Below, piece by piece: positions 1-9,821 of a DNA stretch of 57,319 bases. The DNA lies in NCBI GenBank assembly GCA_041686115.1, contig JAWLEM010000001.1, forward strand, positions 1-57,319, given 5' to 3'. The position numbers and the translations under genes were made by a program. The stretch is from Bacteroidales bacterium. GTDB taxonomy: Bacteria; Bacteroidota; Bacteroidia; Bacteroidales; UBA12077. Below the pieces are notes generated by a model. That model saw only the letters and a list, made by a program, of their open reading frames with translations. It was not told the DNA's origin and did no database searches. The first letter of the stretch is position 1, and each line of letters starts with the position of its first letter.

Positions 1-1
1 A

Positions 2-706
2 ATGGCCGACTTGTTTAACAAACCACATGTAAAAGTTAAAGAAGGCATTTTAAATAATGTTGATTTACGATTTAGTAACGAACCGGCAAGACATAAGTTA
101 CTTGATGTGCTTGGCGATTTGTCCCTTATAGGACAACCTGTATTGGGAAAAATTGTTGCATCTCGCCCGGGACACTATTCAAATACACAGTTTGCTAAAA
201 TTATTAAAGAAACCATAAAAAAAGAGTTGTCAAGAGTTTCTATTCCTAAATATGACCCGGCCAAAGAACCTTTATATGATATCAATCAGATAAAAAAGTT
301 GTTGCCCCATCGTTATCCGTTTTTACTTATTGATAAAATAACAGAGCTTAATGAAAAATCAGTCATTGGAATTAAAAATGTTACCCTGAACGAATACTTT
401 TTTATGGGACACTTCCCTGATGAACCCATTATGCCTGGTGTATTACAAGTGGAAGCTATGGCTCAGGTTGGAGGAATCCTGGCGTTAAGTCAGGTCGACG
501 ATCCGGAAAATTACCAAACCCTGTTTTTAAAAATTGATAAGGTTAGGTTTAAACGAAAAGTAATTCCGGGAGACACGATTATTTTCAGACTGGAATTACT
601 TACTCCTATCCGTAGAGGTCTGGTTCACATGTTTGGACAGGCATTTGTTGGTAATGATTTGGTAATGGAAGGTGAATTAATGGCACAAGTTTCAAAAATT
701 AAATAA
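2..706 (+). CDS. lpxC-fabZ: Bifunctional UDP-3-O-acyl-GlcNAc deacetylase / 3-hydroxyacyl-ACP dehydratase (LpxC-FabZ fusion), 5' end cut by the window edge
   Basis: The N-terminal part (HKLLDVLGDLSLIG...ASRPGH) resembles the LpxC C-terminus. It is followed by FabZ hot-dog motifs HRYPFLLIDKI and GHFPDEPIMPGVLQVEAMAQ. This fusion is typical of Bacteroidota, and lpxA lies immediately downstream. Confidence 0.9.
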   Translation: MADLFNKPHVKVKEGILNNVDLRFSNEPARHKLLDVLGDLSLIGQPVLGKIVASRPGHYSNTQFAKIIKETIKKELSRVSIPKYDPAKEPLYDINQIKKLLPHRYPFLLIDKITELNEKSVIGIKNVTLNEYFFMGHFPDEPIMPGVLQVEAMAQVGGILALSQVDDPENYQTLFLKIDKVRFKRKVIPGDTIIFRLELLTPIRRGLVHMFGQAFVGNDLVMEGELMAQVSKIK

Positions 707-709
707 AGA

Positions 710-1492
710 ATGAATCGAGATTTAGCATATATACATCCAGAAGCGAAAATCGGTAAAAATGTAAAAATCGAAGCATTTGCCTGGATTGATAAAAACGTTG
801 AAATTGGTGACGGAACATGGATTGGTCCTAATGCAACCATAATGGCAGGGGCCCGAATTGGGAAAAACTGTAAAATCTTTCCTGGTGCAGTTGTTTCTGC
901 TATCCCACAGGATTTAAAATTTAAAGGCGAAGAAACTATAACAGAAATAGGGGATAATACAACCCTCCGCGAGTGTGTTACCGTTAACCGGGGAACTGCT
1001 TCGAAAGGAAAAACCGTTGTTGGAAACAATTGTCTTTTAATGGCTTATGTTCATGTTGGACACGATTGCGCGTTGGGCAATAATATTATTATATCCAATA
1101 GTACCAATGTTGCAGGGGAAATTGTAATTGATGATTTTGCCGTAATTAGCGGCGATGTGCAAATTCACCAGTTTGTGCACATTGGCGGTCATGTTATGAT
1201 TTCAGGAGGTTCTCTGGTTAGAAAAGATATTCCTCCTTATATTACCGTAGCACGCGAACCTTTATCCTATGTTGGAATAAACTCTGTCGGACTTCGACGA
1301 AGAGGTTTTTCACCCGAGACTATTAGTCAAATTCAAAGTATTTATCGCGAGATTTACGTTAAAGAACAAAATGTTACTCAGGCACTAAAGAATATTGAAC
1401 AGGAAATGAGTGATACTGAAGAAAAAGATTATGTCCTTGAGTTTATTAAAAACTCTCAACGAGGAATCGTAAGAGGATACAACGGACAATAA
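710..1492 (+). CDS. lpxA: Acyl-ACP--UDP-N-acetylglucosamine O-acyltransferase
   Basis: 260 aa with left-handed beta-helix hexapeptide repeats (IHPEAKIGKNVKI, IGDGTWIGPNATI, etc.). The ATG lies 4 nt after the fabZ stop, which is the classic fabZ-lpxA arrangement. Confidence 0.9.
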   Translation: MNRDLAYIHPEAKIGKNVKIEAFAWIDKNVEIGDGTWIGPNATIMAGARIGKNCKIFPGAVVSAIPQDLKFKGEETITEIGDNTTLRECVTVNRGTASKGKTVVGNNCLLMAYVHVGHDCALGNNIIISNSTNVAGEIVIDDFAVISGDVQIHQFVHIGGHVMISGGSLVRKDIPPYITVAREPLSYVGINSVGLRRRGFSPETISQIQSIYREIYVKEQNVTQALKNIEQEMSDTEEKDYVLEFIKNSQRGIVRGYNGQ

Positions 1493-1510
1493 AAACAAAT
1501 TACAATAAAT

Positions 1511-1544
1511 AAAAAATCCGAAGTTTTTGGCTTCGGATTTTTTA
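1511..1544. terminator. Bidirectional rho-independent terminator between convergent lpxA and thiL
   Basis: Stem ATCCGAAG (1516-1523) pairs with CTTCGGAT (1531-1538) around a 7-nt loop. An A-run lies upstream and a T-run downstream, so it reads as hairpin plus U-tract on both strands. Confidence 0.8.
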
Positions 1545-1549
1545 TTCTT

Positions 1550-2602
1550 TTATTTTTCATCTTTTTTTAGAGGATTCCACCCTTGTGCTTGCAGTGGAAT
1601 AGCCTGTCCGGCATTCGTAATTAATACTGCTCCATTTTTTTTGTCCGTTATATGTCCTATGGGATGAATAAGCGCATGATCTTTAATTTTTTCAAAATCA
1701 TTTACATTTACGGTAAACAAAAGCTCATAATCTTCGCCCCCGTTTAATGCAGAAATTAAGGGCTCGATTTTAAACTCCTCAGCCATCTTTTCTGTATTTA
1801 TATCTATCGGTATTTTATCCTGAAAGATTTTGCAACCCACATTCGAATTTTTACAAATATGCAATAACTCCGAAGATAGTCCATCTGAAATGTCGATCAT
1901 AGCTGTTGGTTTTACTTTTATTTCGTTCAACAGATCAACAATATCTTTTCTGGCCTCGGGTTTTAATTGTCGTTGGAGAATATAATCATAACCTTCGAGC
2001 TTGGGTTGGGTCCCGGGGTTAGCCGTAAAAACCTCTTTTTCTCTTTCTAATAATTGTAATCCCATATATGCAGCTCCGAGATTTCCTGTAACACAAATGA
2101 TGTCCGTGTTTTGGGCTGTGCTCCGGTAGACAATATCTTCATTATTAGCTTCTCCAATGGCTGTTACACTTATGGCAAGTCCTGTTAAAGAGGACGAAGT
2201 GTCTCCGCCTACTAAATCAACATTATAAACTTCACAGGCGAGCTCTATTCCTTCGTAAATCTCTTCGATATGATCAACAGCAAATTTTTTTGATATAGCC
2301 AAAGAAACGGTTATTTGTTTAGGGGTGGCATTCATGGCGTAAACGTCAGATAAGTTAACAACCACAGCTTTATAGCCTAAATGCTTTAATGGGGTGTAGA
2401 TTAAGTTAAAATGGATGCCTTCAATAAGTAAGTCCGTAGTTACTACAGCACATTTATCTCCATAATCGATTACAGCTGCATCATCGCCTATCCCTTTTAA
2501 GGTGTTTTTGTGTTTAATTTTTACATTTTCAGTAATCTGATCGATTAATCCAAACTCTCCTAATTCAGCTATCTCTGTTAATTTTTTCTCTTTATCATTC
2601 AT
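1550..2602 (-). CDS. thiL: Thiamine-monophosphate kinase
   Basis: 350 aa with an AIR-synthase-like fold. Motifs include GIGDDAAVIDY, VGGDTSSS and DISDGL. Confidence 0.85.
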   Translation of the reverse strand: MNDKEKKLTEIAELGEFGLIDQITENVKIKHKNTLKGIGDDAAVIDYGDKCAVVTTDLLIEGIHFNLIYTPLKHLGYKAVVVNLSDVYAMNATPKQITVSLAISKKFAVDHIEEIYEGIELACEVYNVDLVGGDTSSSLTGLAISVTAIGEANNEDIVYRSTAQNTDIICVTGNLGAAYMGLQLLEREKEVFTANPGTQPKLEGYDYILQRQLKPEARKDIVDLLNEIKVKPTAMIDISDGLSSELLHICKNSNVGCKIFQDKIPIDINTEKMAEEFKIEPLISALNGGEDYELLFTVNVNDFEKIKDHALIHPIGHITDKKNGAVLITNAGQAIPLQAQGWNPLKKDEK

Positions 2603-2673
2603 ATGTTAAATTGATATTTATCATTTAAAAAAAAGATTAAACAATCTTGTTTTATTAGTTGTTAGATTTTAAA

Positions 2674-2681
2674 TATATTTG
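2674..2681 (+). promoter_or_regulatory. Candidate Bacteroidota -7 promoter box (TAnnTTTG) for the suf operon
   Basis: TATATTTG lies 68 nt upstream of the sufB ATG in a 146-bp divergent intergenic region. Confidence 0.35.
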
Positions 2682-2748
2682 TACCCAATTTAGAATTAAT
2701 CTATATAAAATTAGATCTGTTAATAGTTGATAGACATTTTGCAAAGTT

Positions 2749-4200
2749 ATGGAAAAAGATCAAGATAAAATATTAAATGAAGTAACGCAGGGAGAATATA
2801 AATACGGTTTTGTTACGGATGTTGAAGCAGAGTCGATCCCTAAAGGATTGAATGAGGATGTGGTCCGGTTAATATCGCAGAAAAAAAACGAACCCGAATT
2901 TATGCTTGAGTTTCGGTTAAAAGCATTCAGGCACTGGAAAAAAATGAAAATGCCTGAATGGGCCCATTTAATGATTCCGAAAATTAACTACCAGGATATT
3001 ATTTATTATTCAGCACCCAAAAGAAAAGCTGATGGCCCCAAAAATCTTGATGATGTTGATCCTGAATTAAAGGCCACTTTCGATAAGCTGGGGATCCCGC
3101 TCGACGAGCAAAAAAGATTAGCGGGTGTTGCCGTAGATGCTGTAATGGACAGTGTTTCGGTTAAAACTACCTTTAAAGAAAATTTAGCCGAACTGGGCAT
3201 TATTTTTTGTTCATTTAGCGAAGCGGTTCAGGAACACCCCGATTTAGTAAAAAAATATATGGGCTCCGTAGTTCCTTACACCGATAATTATTTTGCCGCC
3301 TTAAACTCGGCAGTATTCAGTGATGGCTCGTTTTGTTACATTCCAAAAGGAGTAAAATGCCCCATGGAGCTGTCAACCTATTTTAGAATAAATGCTGCTA
3401 ATACCGGACAATTCGAAAGAACATTAATTGTAGCCGAAGATGATTCGTATGTGAGTTATCTGGAAGGATGTACTGCACCAATGCGCGATGAAAATCAGTT
3501 GCACGCTGCCATTGTTGAAATTATCGCCAATAAAAATGCCGAAGTGAAATATTCTACCGTTCAAAACTGGTATCCAGGCGATAAGAATGGCAAAGGTGGA
3601 ATTTATAATTTTGTGACCAAGCGTGGAAAATGTGCCGGTGATAACTCTAAAATATCATGGACACAGGTAGAAACCGGTTCTGCCATTACCTGGAAATATC
3701 CAAGTTGTTTGTTAATTGGCGATAACTCGGTTGGCGAATTTTATTCTGTAGCTGTTACCAATAATCATCAGCAGGCCGATACCGGAACGAAAATGATTCA
3801 TATTGGTAAAAACACGAAGAGTACAATTGTTTCCAAAGGGATATCTGCAGGTTTTAGCAATAACAGTTATAGAGGATTGGTGAAAGTTGTGAAAAATGCA
3901 ACCAACGCACGTAATTTTTCTCAATGCGACAGTCTGTTGCTGGGAGATAAATGCGGAGCACATACTTTTCCTTATTTGGAAGTGGATAACAAAGATTCGA
4001 TTGTTGAACACGAAGCAACAACTTCAAAAATTGGCGAAGACCAGATATTTTATTGTAATCAGCGGGGGATTAAAACCGAAGATGCCATTGGTTTAATAGT
4101 AAATGGTTACGCTAAAGAGGTATTGAATAAATTACCCATGGAGTTTGCTGTTGAAGCCCAAAAGCTGCTTCAGATTAGTTTGGAAGGCAGTGTTGGTTAA
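2749..4200 (+). CDS. sufB: Fe-S cluster assembly scaffold protein SufB
   Basis: 483 aa with conserved SufB stretches ([31 protein letters not shown]). It is the first gene of a sufBCDSE cluster. Confidence 0.95.
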   Translation: MEKDQDKILNEVTQGEYKYGFVTDVEAESIPKGLNEDVVRLISQKKNEPEFMLEFRLKAFRHWKKMKMPEWAHLMIPKINYQDIIYYSAPKRKADGPKNLDDVDPELKATFDKLGIPLDEQKRLAGVAVDAVMDSVSVKTTFKENLAELGIIFCSFSEAVQEHPDLVKKYMGSVVPYTDNYFAALNSAVFSDGSFCYIPKGVKCPMELSTYFRINAANTGQFERTLIVAEDDSYVSYLEGCTAPMRDENQLHAAIVEIIANKNAEVKYSTVQNWYPGDKNGKGGIYNFVTKRGKCAGDNSKISWTQVETGSAITWKYPSCLLIGDNSVGEFYSVAVTNNHQQADTGTKMIHIGKNTKSTIVSKGISAGFSNNSYRGLVKVVKNATNARNFSQCDSLLLGDKCGAHTFPYLEVDNKDSIVEHEATTSKIGEDQIFYCNQRGIKTEDAIGLIVNGYAKEVLNKLPMEFAVEAQKLLQISLEGSVG

Positions 4201-4311
4201 TTGTAAAGAAGATATAAAATAGTAAACCCTTGCCAACAGGCAGGAGTAAATAATGAAGATAGAGTTTTAAAAAACGGAAAATAAAATCAAAAAATATAAT
4301 TAAAATATATC

Positions 4312-5067
4312 ATGTTAACGATAAAGAATTTACACGCATCAATAGAAGGTAAGGAAATATTAAAAGGAGTAAGCCTTCAGGTTAAAAAAGGAGAAATTCA
4401 TGCAATCATGGGTCCCAATGGTTCCGGGAAAAGTACCCTGGCTTCTGTTCTTGCAGGAAAAGAAATGTTTGAAGTTACTCAGGGAGAAATTGATTATCAA
4501 GGGAAAGATTTATTTGAATTATCACCTGAAGAACGTGCCAGTGAGGGTATATTCTTAGGTTTTCAATACCCAATAGAAATTCCGGGTGTTAGTATGGTAA
4601 ACTTTATGAAAACAGCTGTAAATGAGCAGCGAAAACATAAAGGACTGGATCCGTTATCATCATCTGATTTTCTAAAGTTGATGCGTGAAAAAAAAGAGCT
4701 TGTCGAACTGGATGCCGGTTTGGCAAATCGTTCGGTGAACGAAGGTTTCTCCGGAGGAGAAAAGAAAAGGAATGAGATTTTCCAGATGGCCATGCTTGAA
4801 CCTAAGCTTTCTATTCTGGATGAAACAGATTCCGGCCTGGATATCGATGCATTGCGTGTTGTGGCAAATGGAGTGAATAAATTAAAATCACCAGAAAATG
4901 CAACCATTGTTATTACACATTATCAACGACTGCTTGATTATATTGTTCCTGATTTTGTACATGTACTATACGATGGTAAGATTGTAAAATCAGGCGATAA
5001 AAATCTGGCTTTGGAGTTGGAAGAAAAAGGGTACGAATGGCTTAAAAAGAATGTAGTTGTTAAATAA
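4312..5067 (+). CDS. sufC: Fe-S cluster assembly ATPase SufC
   Basis: Walker A GPNGSGKST, ABC signature FSGGEKKRNEI and Walker B LSILDETDSGLD. 251 aa. Confidence 0.95.
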   Translation: MLTIKNLHASIEGKEILKGVSLQVKKGEIHAIMGPNGSGKSTLASVLAGKEMFEVTQGEIDYQGKDLFELSPEERASEGIFLGFQYPIEIPGVSMVNFMKTAVNEQRKHKGLDPLSSSDFLKLMREKKELVELDAGLANRSVNEGFSGGEKKRNEIFQMAMLEPKLSILDETDSGLDIDALRVVANGVNKLKSPENATIVITHYQRLLDYIVPDFVHVLYDGKIVKSGDKNLALELEEKGYEWLKKNVVVK

Positions 5068-5101
5068 ACCGGTTTTTTCGGATTTTAAAAAAAGCAAATC
5101 A

Positions 5102-6469
5102 ATGAGCTTAGAAACAACAGAGATAGAAGTAAAAGAAAAATTTGTTGAATTATATAACAATAATCGCAACACCTTAAGAAACGGATCAACCGATTATATC
5201 AACCAAATCAGGGATGAGGCATTCCAAAACTTTAAAAAACTGGGATTTCCTGATAAAAAGAACGAAGATTATAAGTATACCGATATTCAATCATTGTTTA
5301 ATAACGGGCTAAAAACTTATTTGTCACCCAAAAACATTGAATTTAATGTGGACGATATTTTTCATTGTGACGTTCCTGATTTGAACACAGAGGTTATTAT
5401 TCTGCTGAACGGATGGTATTATAATCGCGAAAAGCAATTAGCTGAGTTGCCCGGAGGAGTTGTTATTGGTAGTTTTCAAAAAGCAACCGAAGAGTATCCC
5501 GAGTTGGTAAAAAAGCATTTTAACCAATACGCAGATAATGAGAAAGAAGGTTTGGTTGCTTTAAATACAGCTTTTGTAAAAGACGGGATCTTTTTATATG
5601 TTCCTAAAGGGGTAGTTATTGAAAAACCAATACAGATTATTAATCTTTTGATAGATAATGAGGATGGGATGACACAACACCGCAACCTGTTTATCTTAGA
5701 AGAAAACAGTCACGCATCGTTAGTAGTTTGTGACCACACATTATCTACTTCTAATTTTTTAACCAACTCTGTATCAGAGATTTTTGTCAACAAAAATGCA
5801 TCTCTGGATTTTTCAAGGATACAAAACGAGCATAATGGTTCCAAACAGATATCACATTTATATTTCCACCAGGAAAAAGATAGCCGCGTAAATGCCGACA
5901 CGATTTCATTGCATGGCGGATTGATTCGTAATAATATTCATGCTCTGTTAAATGGCGAAGGCTGCGACAACCATACGCTTGGATTGTATTTAACCGATAA
6001 GGGACAACATATCGACAACCACGTATTTATCGATCATGCCAAACCCAACTGTACCAGTAATCAACTATTTAAAGGGGTATTAGACGATTATGCCACCGGA
6101 GCATTTAACGGTAAAGTGCTGGTTCGCGAAGATGCTCAAAAAACACAGGCATACCAGTCAAACAACAATATTTTGCTGACTGATGATGCAACCATTAACA
6201 CCAAACCTACGCTGATTATTTATGCCGATGATGTTAAATGTAGCCATGGAGCTACGGTGGGACAATTAGATATGGATGCGTTGTTTTATCTGCGTTCGAG
6301 GGGAATTAATGAAAAAGAAGCAAAGCTACTGTTAATGTATGCTTTTGCACACGAAGTGATTCAAAAAATTACCGTTCCTGCACTTCAGGAGCGTATCCAT
6401 GAATTGGTTGATAAACGGTTACGTGGAGAATTATCGCGTTGTAATTTTTGCCAGATGAATTGTAAATAA
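5102..6469 (+). CDS. sufD: Fe-S cluster assembly protein SufD
   Basis: SufD C-terminal motifs CSHGATVGQLD and ALFYLRSRGI. The track start at 5057 is a TTG that overlaps sufC, so I prefer the first ATG at 5102 (MSLETTEI...). Confidence 0.9.
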   Translation: MSLETTEIEVKEKFVELYNNNRNTLRNGSTDYINQIRDEAFQNFKKLGFPDKKNEDYKYTDIQSLFNNGLKTYLSPKNIEFNVDDIFHCDVPDLNTEVIILLNGWYYNREKQLAELPGGVVIGSFQKATEEYPELVKKHFNQYADNEKEGLVALNTAFVKDGIFLYVPKGVVIEKPIQIINLLIDNEDGMTQHRNLFILEENSHASLVVCDHTLSTSNFLTNSVSEIFVNKNASLDFSRIQNEHNGSKQISHLYFHQEKDSRVNADTISLHGGLIRNNIHALLNGEGCDNHTLGLYLTDKGQHIDNHVFIDHAKPNCTSNQLFKGVLDDYATGAFNGKVLVREDAQKTQAYQSNNNILLTDDATINTKPTLIIYADDVKCSHGATVGQLDMDALFYLRSRGINEKEAKLLLMYAFAHEVIQKITVPALQERIHELVDKRLRGELSRCNFCQMNCK

Positions 6470-6487
6470 TTTAAAATCTTTATTATT

Positions 6488-7708
6488 GTGCGTATTGATA
6501 GCAAAAAAGTAAGGAGTGAATTTCCTATTTTAAATCAACAGGTTTATCAAAAGCCGTTAGTATATTTTGATAATGGAGCGACTACACAAAAGCCCAAAGT
6601 TGTCATCGATGAGGTAGCTAAAATTTACTCACAGGAGAACGCAAATATTCATCGTGGTGTACATTTCTTAAGTGAGCAGTTAACTCAGCGATATGAAGAT
6701 GCCCGCAAGGTGGTTCAGCAATTTATTCATGCTGCACACGACCACGAAGTTATCTTTACCAGTGGTACTACAGAATCGATAAATACCATTGCTTACTCAT
6801 TTGGCGAAAAGTATATTCATGAAGGCGATGAGATTATTATTTCTACCCTGGAGCATCATGCCAATATTGTTCCATGGCAAATGTTATGCGAGCGCAAGAA
6901 TGCTTCGTTGAAAATAATTCCTATTAATGATAAAGGTGAGTTGTTGCTGGATGAATATGAGAAACTTATTTCATCCAAAACAAAACTGATAGCTGTAAAT
7001 CATGTATCGAATGCAATAGGCACGATAAATGATGTGAAAAAAATGATTGATATTGCCCACCAAAAGGATATTCCTGTTTTAATTGATGGTGCACAAAGCG
7101 TACAACATGGTAACGTAGATGTTCAGAAGCTGGATTGTGATTTCTTTGTTTTTTCCGGGCATAAAATTTACGGGCCCAATGGCATTGGTGTTTTATACGG
7201 AAAAGAAAAGTGGTTGAACGAACTACCACCATTTATGACCGGTGGTGAGATGATTAAAAATGTTACGTTTGAAAAAACAACCTTTAACGAGCTCCCTTTT
7301 AAGTTCGAAGCCGGTACACCTAATTATGTAGGAGCAATTGGGATGGCTAAAGCCATTGAATATATTCAGGACATTGGGTTAGAAAATATCGCAGCGTATG
7401 AAAAAGAATTACTGGAATATGCTACCCAAAAATTAAATGCTATTGAAGGACTAAAAATCATTGGCACTTCAGCTAAAAAAATAAGTGTTATATCTTTTAT
7501 TTTAGAGAATATTCATCATTACGATGCCGGAATGGTTATTGATAAAATGGGTGTTGCCGTACGCACCGGGCATCATTGTGCCGAACCTGTAATGGATCGT
7601 TTTCATATTGAAGGTACCATTCGCGCATCGTTTGCTTTTTATAATACGAAAGAAGAAATAGACCGCTTATACGAAGCTTTAAATACGGTTAAACAAATGT
7701 TTGGTTAA
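6488..7708 (+). CDS. sufS: Cysteine desulfurase SufS (group II)
   Basis: PLP-lysine motif SGHKIYGP and catalytic Cys loop RTGHHCAEP. The N-terminus FPIL...VYFDNGATTQKP is typical. It uses a GTG start, and there is no in-frame ATG nearby. Confidence 0.93.
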   Translation: MRIDSKKVRSEFPILNQQVYQKPLVYFDNGATTQKPKVVIDEVAKIYSQENANIHRGVHFLSEQLTQRYEDARKVVQQFIHAAHDHEVIFTSGTTESINTIAYSFGEKYIHEGDEIIISTLEHHANIVPWQMLCERKNASLKIIPINDKGELLLDEYEKLISSKTKLIAVNHVSNAIGTINDVKKMIDIAHQKDIPVLIDGAQSVQHGNVDVQKLDCDFFVFSGHKIYGPNGIGVLYGKEKWLNELPPFMTGGEMIKNVTFEKTTFNELPFKFEAGTPNYVGAIGMAKAIEYIQDIGLENIAAYEKELLEYATQKLNAIEGLKIIGTSAKKISVISFILENIHHYDAGMVIDKMGVAVRTGHHCAEPVMDRFHIEGTIRASFAFYNTKEEIDRLYEALNTVKQMFG

Positions 7709-7722
7709 ATTGTAATAATATT

Positions 7723-8148
7723 ATGACTTTACAAGAAAGACAAGACGAAATTATTGAAGAATTTTCAGTTTTTGATGACTGGATGGATAAATACAACTAT
7801 TTGATTGAATTGAGTAAAGACCTTCCGGTGATAGATCCCAAATATAAAACGAAAGAGTATTTGATTGAGGGATGCCAGTCGAAGGTTTGGCTTTATGCAG
7901 AGATGGACGGAGATAAAGTGAAATTTACAGCCGACAGTGATGCCATTATAACCAAAGGCATTGCAGCTCTTTTAGTTCGTGTTTTAAGCGGATTGAAACC
8001 TCAGGAAATTATGAATGCCGATTTATATTTTATTGATAAAATCGGGTTGCAACAAAATCTTTCGCCCACACGCTCAAATGGTTTATTGGCAATGGTTAAG
8101 CAAATGAAGTTGTATGCAATGGCATTCAATGCAAAGATGAATCAATAA
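7723..8148 (+). CDS. sufE: Sulfur acceptor protein SufE
   Basis: 141 aa with the conserved persulfide Cys motif EGCQSKVWL. It lies directly after sufS. Confidence 0.9.
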   Translation: MTLQERQDEIIEEFSVFDDWMDKYNYLIELSKDLPVIDPKYKTKEYLIEGCQSKVWLYAEMDGDKVKFTADSDAIITKGIAALLVRVLSGLKPQEIMNADLYFIDKIGLQQNLSPTRSNGLLAMVKQMKLYAMAFNAKMNQ

Positions 8149-8157
8149 AGGAGATTT

Positions 8158-8481
8158 ATGATGGAAGAAAATAATTTAATGGCTTTAGAGGCTGAAATTG
8201 TTAAAACATTAAAAACAATATACGACCCGGAAATTCCGGTAGATATTTACGATCTGGGATTAATTTATGCCATTGATGTTGATGATGACAATAAGGTTGA
8301 AATAAAAATGACCCTGACAGCACCCAACTGTCCAATGGCCGACCAGTTACTGAACGAAGTACATGAAAAAATCAATGCCATAAAAGAGGTCAAAGAAGCA
8401 AAAATAAACCTCGTTTTTGATCCGCCCTGGGATAAAAGCATGATGAGCGAAGAAGCGATGCTGGATTTAGGTTTATTGTAG
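8158..8481 (+). CDS. DUF59 / SufT-like Fe-S assembly protein
   Basis: 107 aa with motifs IYDPEIPVDIYDLGLIY and TLTAPNCP, which are characteristic of DUF59 (MIP18/SufT) proteins. It is the last gene of the suf cluster. Confidence 0.85.
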   Translation: MMEENNLMALEAEIVKTLKTIYDPEIPVDIYDLGLIYAIDVDDDNKVEIKMTLTAPNCPMADQLLNEVHEKINAIKEVKEAKINLVFDPPWDKSMMSEEAMLDLGLL

Positions 8482-8588
8482 TTATTCCCATTGTAAAATA
8501 TCTCCGTATTATCAAATGCCTTTTTTTGCTTAAAAATGATTCCCGTATTTTGTGTATCTTCGGGATTTAGTGTATTGGTAGCTATTCA

Positions 8589-9509
8589 ATGAATCATATC
8601 ATTTTAAATACCCGGAAAATAAAGCAAAAAGCTCTTGAGTTAGGCTTTTCGGCAATTGGTATCTCCAAAGCTGAGTGTCTCGAAAAGGAATCTAAACAAT
8701 TAAAAGAATGGATTGACAAAGGTTTCCATGGAGAAATGCAATACATGGAAAACCATTTCGAAAAACGAGTCGATCCCAGGAAACTGGTCGAAGGAGCAAA
8801 ATCCGTTATTTCTGTTTTATATAATTATTATCCTAAAGAACAACAAAAAAAGGATACTCATCAAATTTCAAAATACGCATATGGGAAAGATTATCATTAT
8901 GTGCTCAAAGAAAAACTACATCAACTTTATGCCTTTATAAATAATGAAATTCATGAAACGAATGGCAGAGCATTTGTCGACTCAGCTCCTGTAATGGATA
9001 AAGTGTGGGCTGCAAAAGCCGGTTTGGGATGGATGGGGAAAAATACCAATCTAATATCAAAGTCATTTGGTTCTTTTGTTTTTATTGGTGAGTTAATTAT
9101 TGATTTAGCATTGGATTATTCCGGATGGCCACAAAAAGATCTTTGTGGTAATTGCACCAAATGTATTGATGCATGCCCGACAGGTGCACTGAAGCCTTAT
9201 CAGTTAGATGCCCGAAAATGCATTTCTTATCTAACCATTGAGAAAAAAGGAGAACTTCCATCGGAATTTAAAGGAAAATGGAACGATTGGATTTTTGGAT
9301 GTGATATATGCCAGGATGTTTGCCCCTGGAACTCAAAAGCAAGGCCACATAATAACCCTCAATTTAAACTCACTGAAGAACTTCTATATCTCAAAAAAGA
9401 GGATTGGGAAAAACTGGATAAAACAAGATTTAAAAAGATATTTAAAAACTCACCTGTTCAGCGAACCGGGTTTGAAGGCTTAAAACGGAATCTTGAATTT
9501 TTAAAGTAA
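8589..9509 (+). CDS. queG: Epoxyqueuosine reductase
   Basis: Two 4Fe-4S ferredoxin motifs, CGNCTKCIDACP and CDICQDVCPWN. The N-terminal QueG-like region and the 306-aa length also fit. Confidence 0.88.
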   Translation: MNHIILNTRKIKQKALELGFSAIGISKAECLEKESKQLKEWIDKGFHGEMQYMENHFEKRVDPRKLVEGAKSVISVLYNYYPKEQQKKDTHQISKYAYGKDYHYVLKEKLHQLYAFINNEIHETNGRAFVDSAPVMDKVWAAKAGLGWMGKNTNLISKSFGSFVFIGELIIDLALDYSGWPQKDLCGNCTKCIDACPTGALKPYQLDARKCISYLTIEKKGELPSEFKGKWNDWIFGCDICQDVCPWNSKARPHNNPQFKLTEELLYLKKEDWEKLDKTRFKKIFKNSPVQRTGFEGLKRNLEFLK

Positions 9510-9717
9510 TTGCTACGATGTATTTTTTGTGTTTATAATGTTAAAAACATTTTACCTGTCCTGATTAAAGATAATATCAACCAATTGATTGTTAATTATT
9601 GTTGAATAAAATTTACAAGTGAGTAAGATATCCCCAAGTAAATTAATATTTTATATCATAGTCAGGGATTTTAAAAACTTTTGTATCTAAGGTTTTTGCT
9701 AAATCCTTGTTTATATC

Positions 9718-9743
9718 AGCTGTTACAGTTAACAGCTTTTTTT
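9718..9743 (+). terminator. Rho-independent terminator-like hairpin in the queG / outer-membrane-protein (OMP) gene intergenic region
   Basis: AGCTGTTA (9718-9725) pairs perfectly with TAACAGCT (9730-9737) around loop CAGT and is followed by TTTTTT. It lies 209 nt after the queG stop and 78 nt before the next ATG. See the related finding. Confidence 0.5.
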
Positions 9744-9821
9744 GTCGGTTTTCTTTTTTATCACTCGTGGCACGGTATTTTAATACAATCTTACCATTAC
9801 TAACACTAAACGATTTATATT

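Noticed and set aside
625-1029. 134-aa minus-strand ORF, plus the many similar 60-170-aa antisense ORFs in the track. Examples are 3006-3200, 3712-4011, 4563-4907, 6966-7232, 27573-28079, 38036-38440, 42188-42481, 47143-47430 and 53213-53500.
   Set aside because: Each lies entirely inside, and antisense or out of frame to, a long ORF with clear family motifs. Their sequences are low-complexity Ser/Phe/Ile/Lys-rich with no motifs. These are typical shadow ORFs of AT-rich coding DNA.
4228-4244. Small hairpin (CCTTGCC-AACA-GGCAGG) in the 110-nt sufB-sufC spacer
   Set aside because: It forms 6 bp with a bulge and has no U-tract. It sits inside an obviously co-transcribed operon and is not distinguishable from chance.
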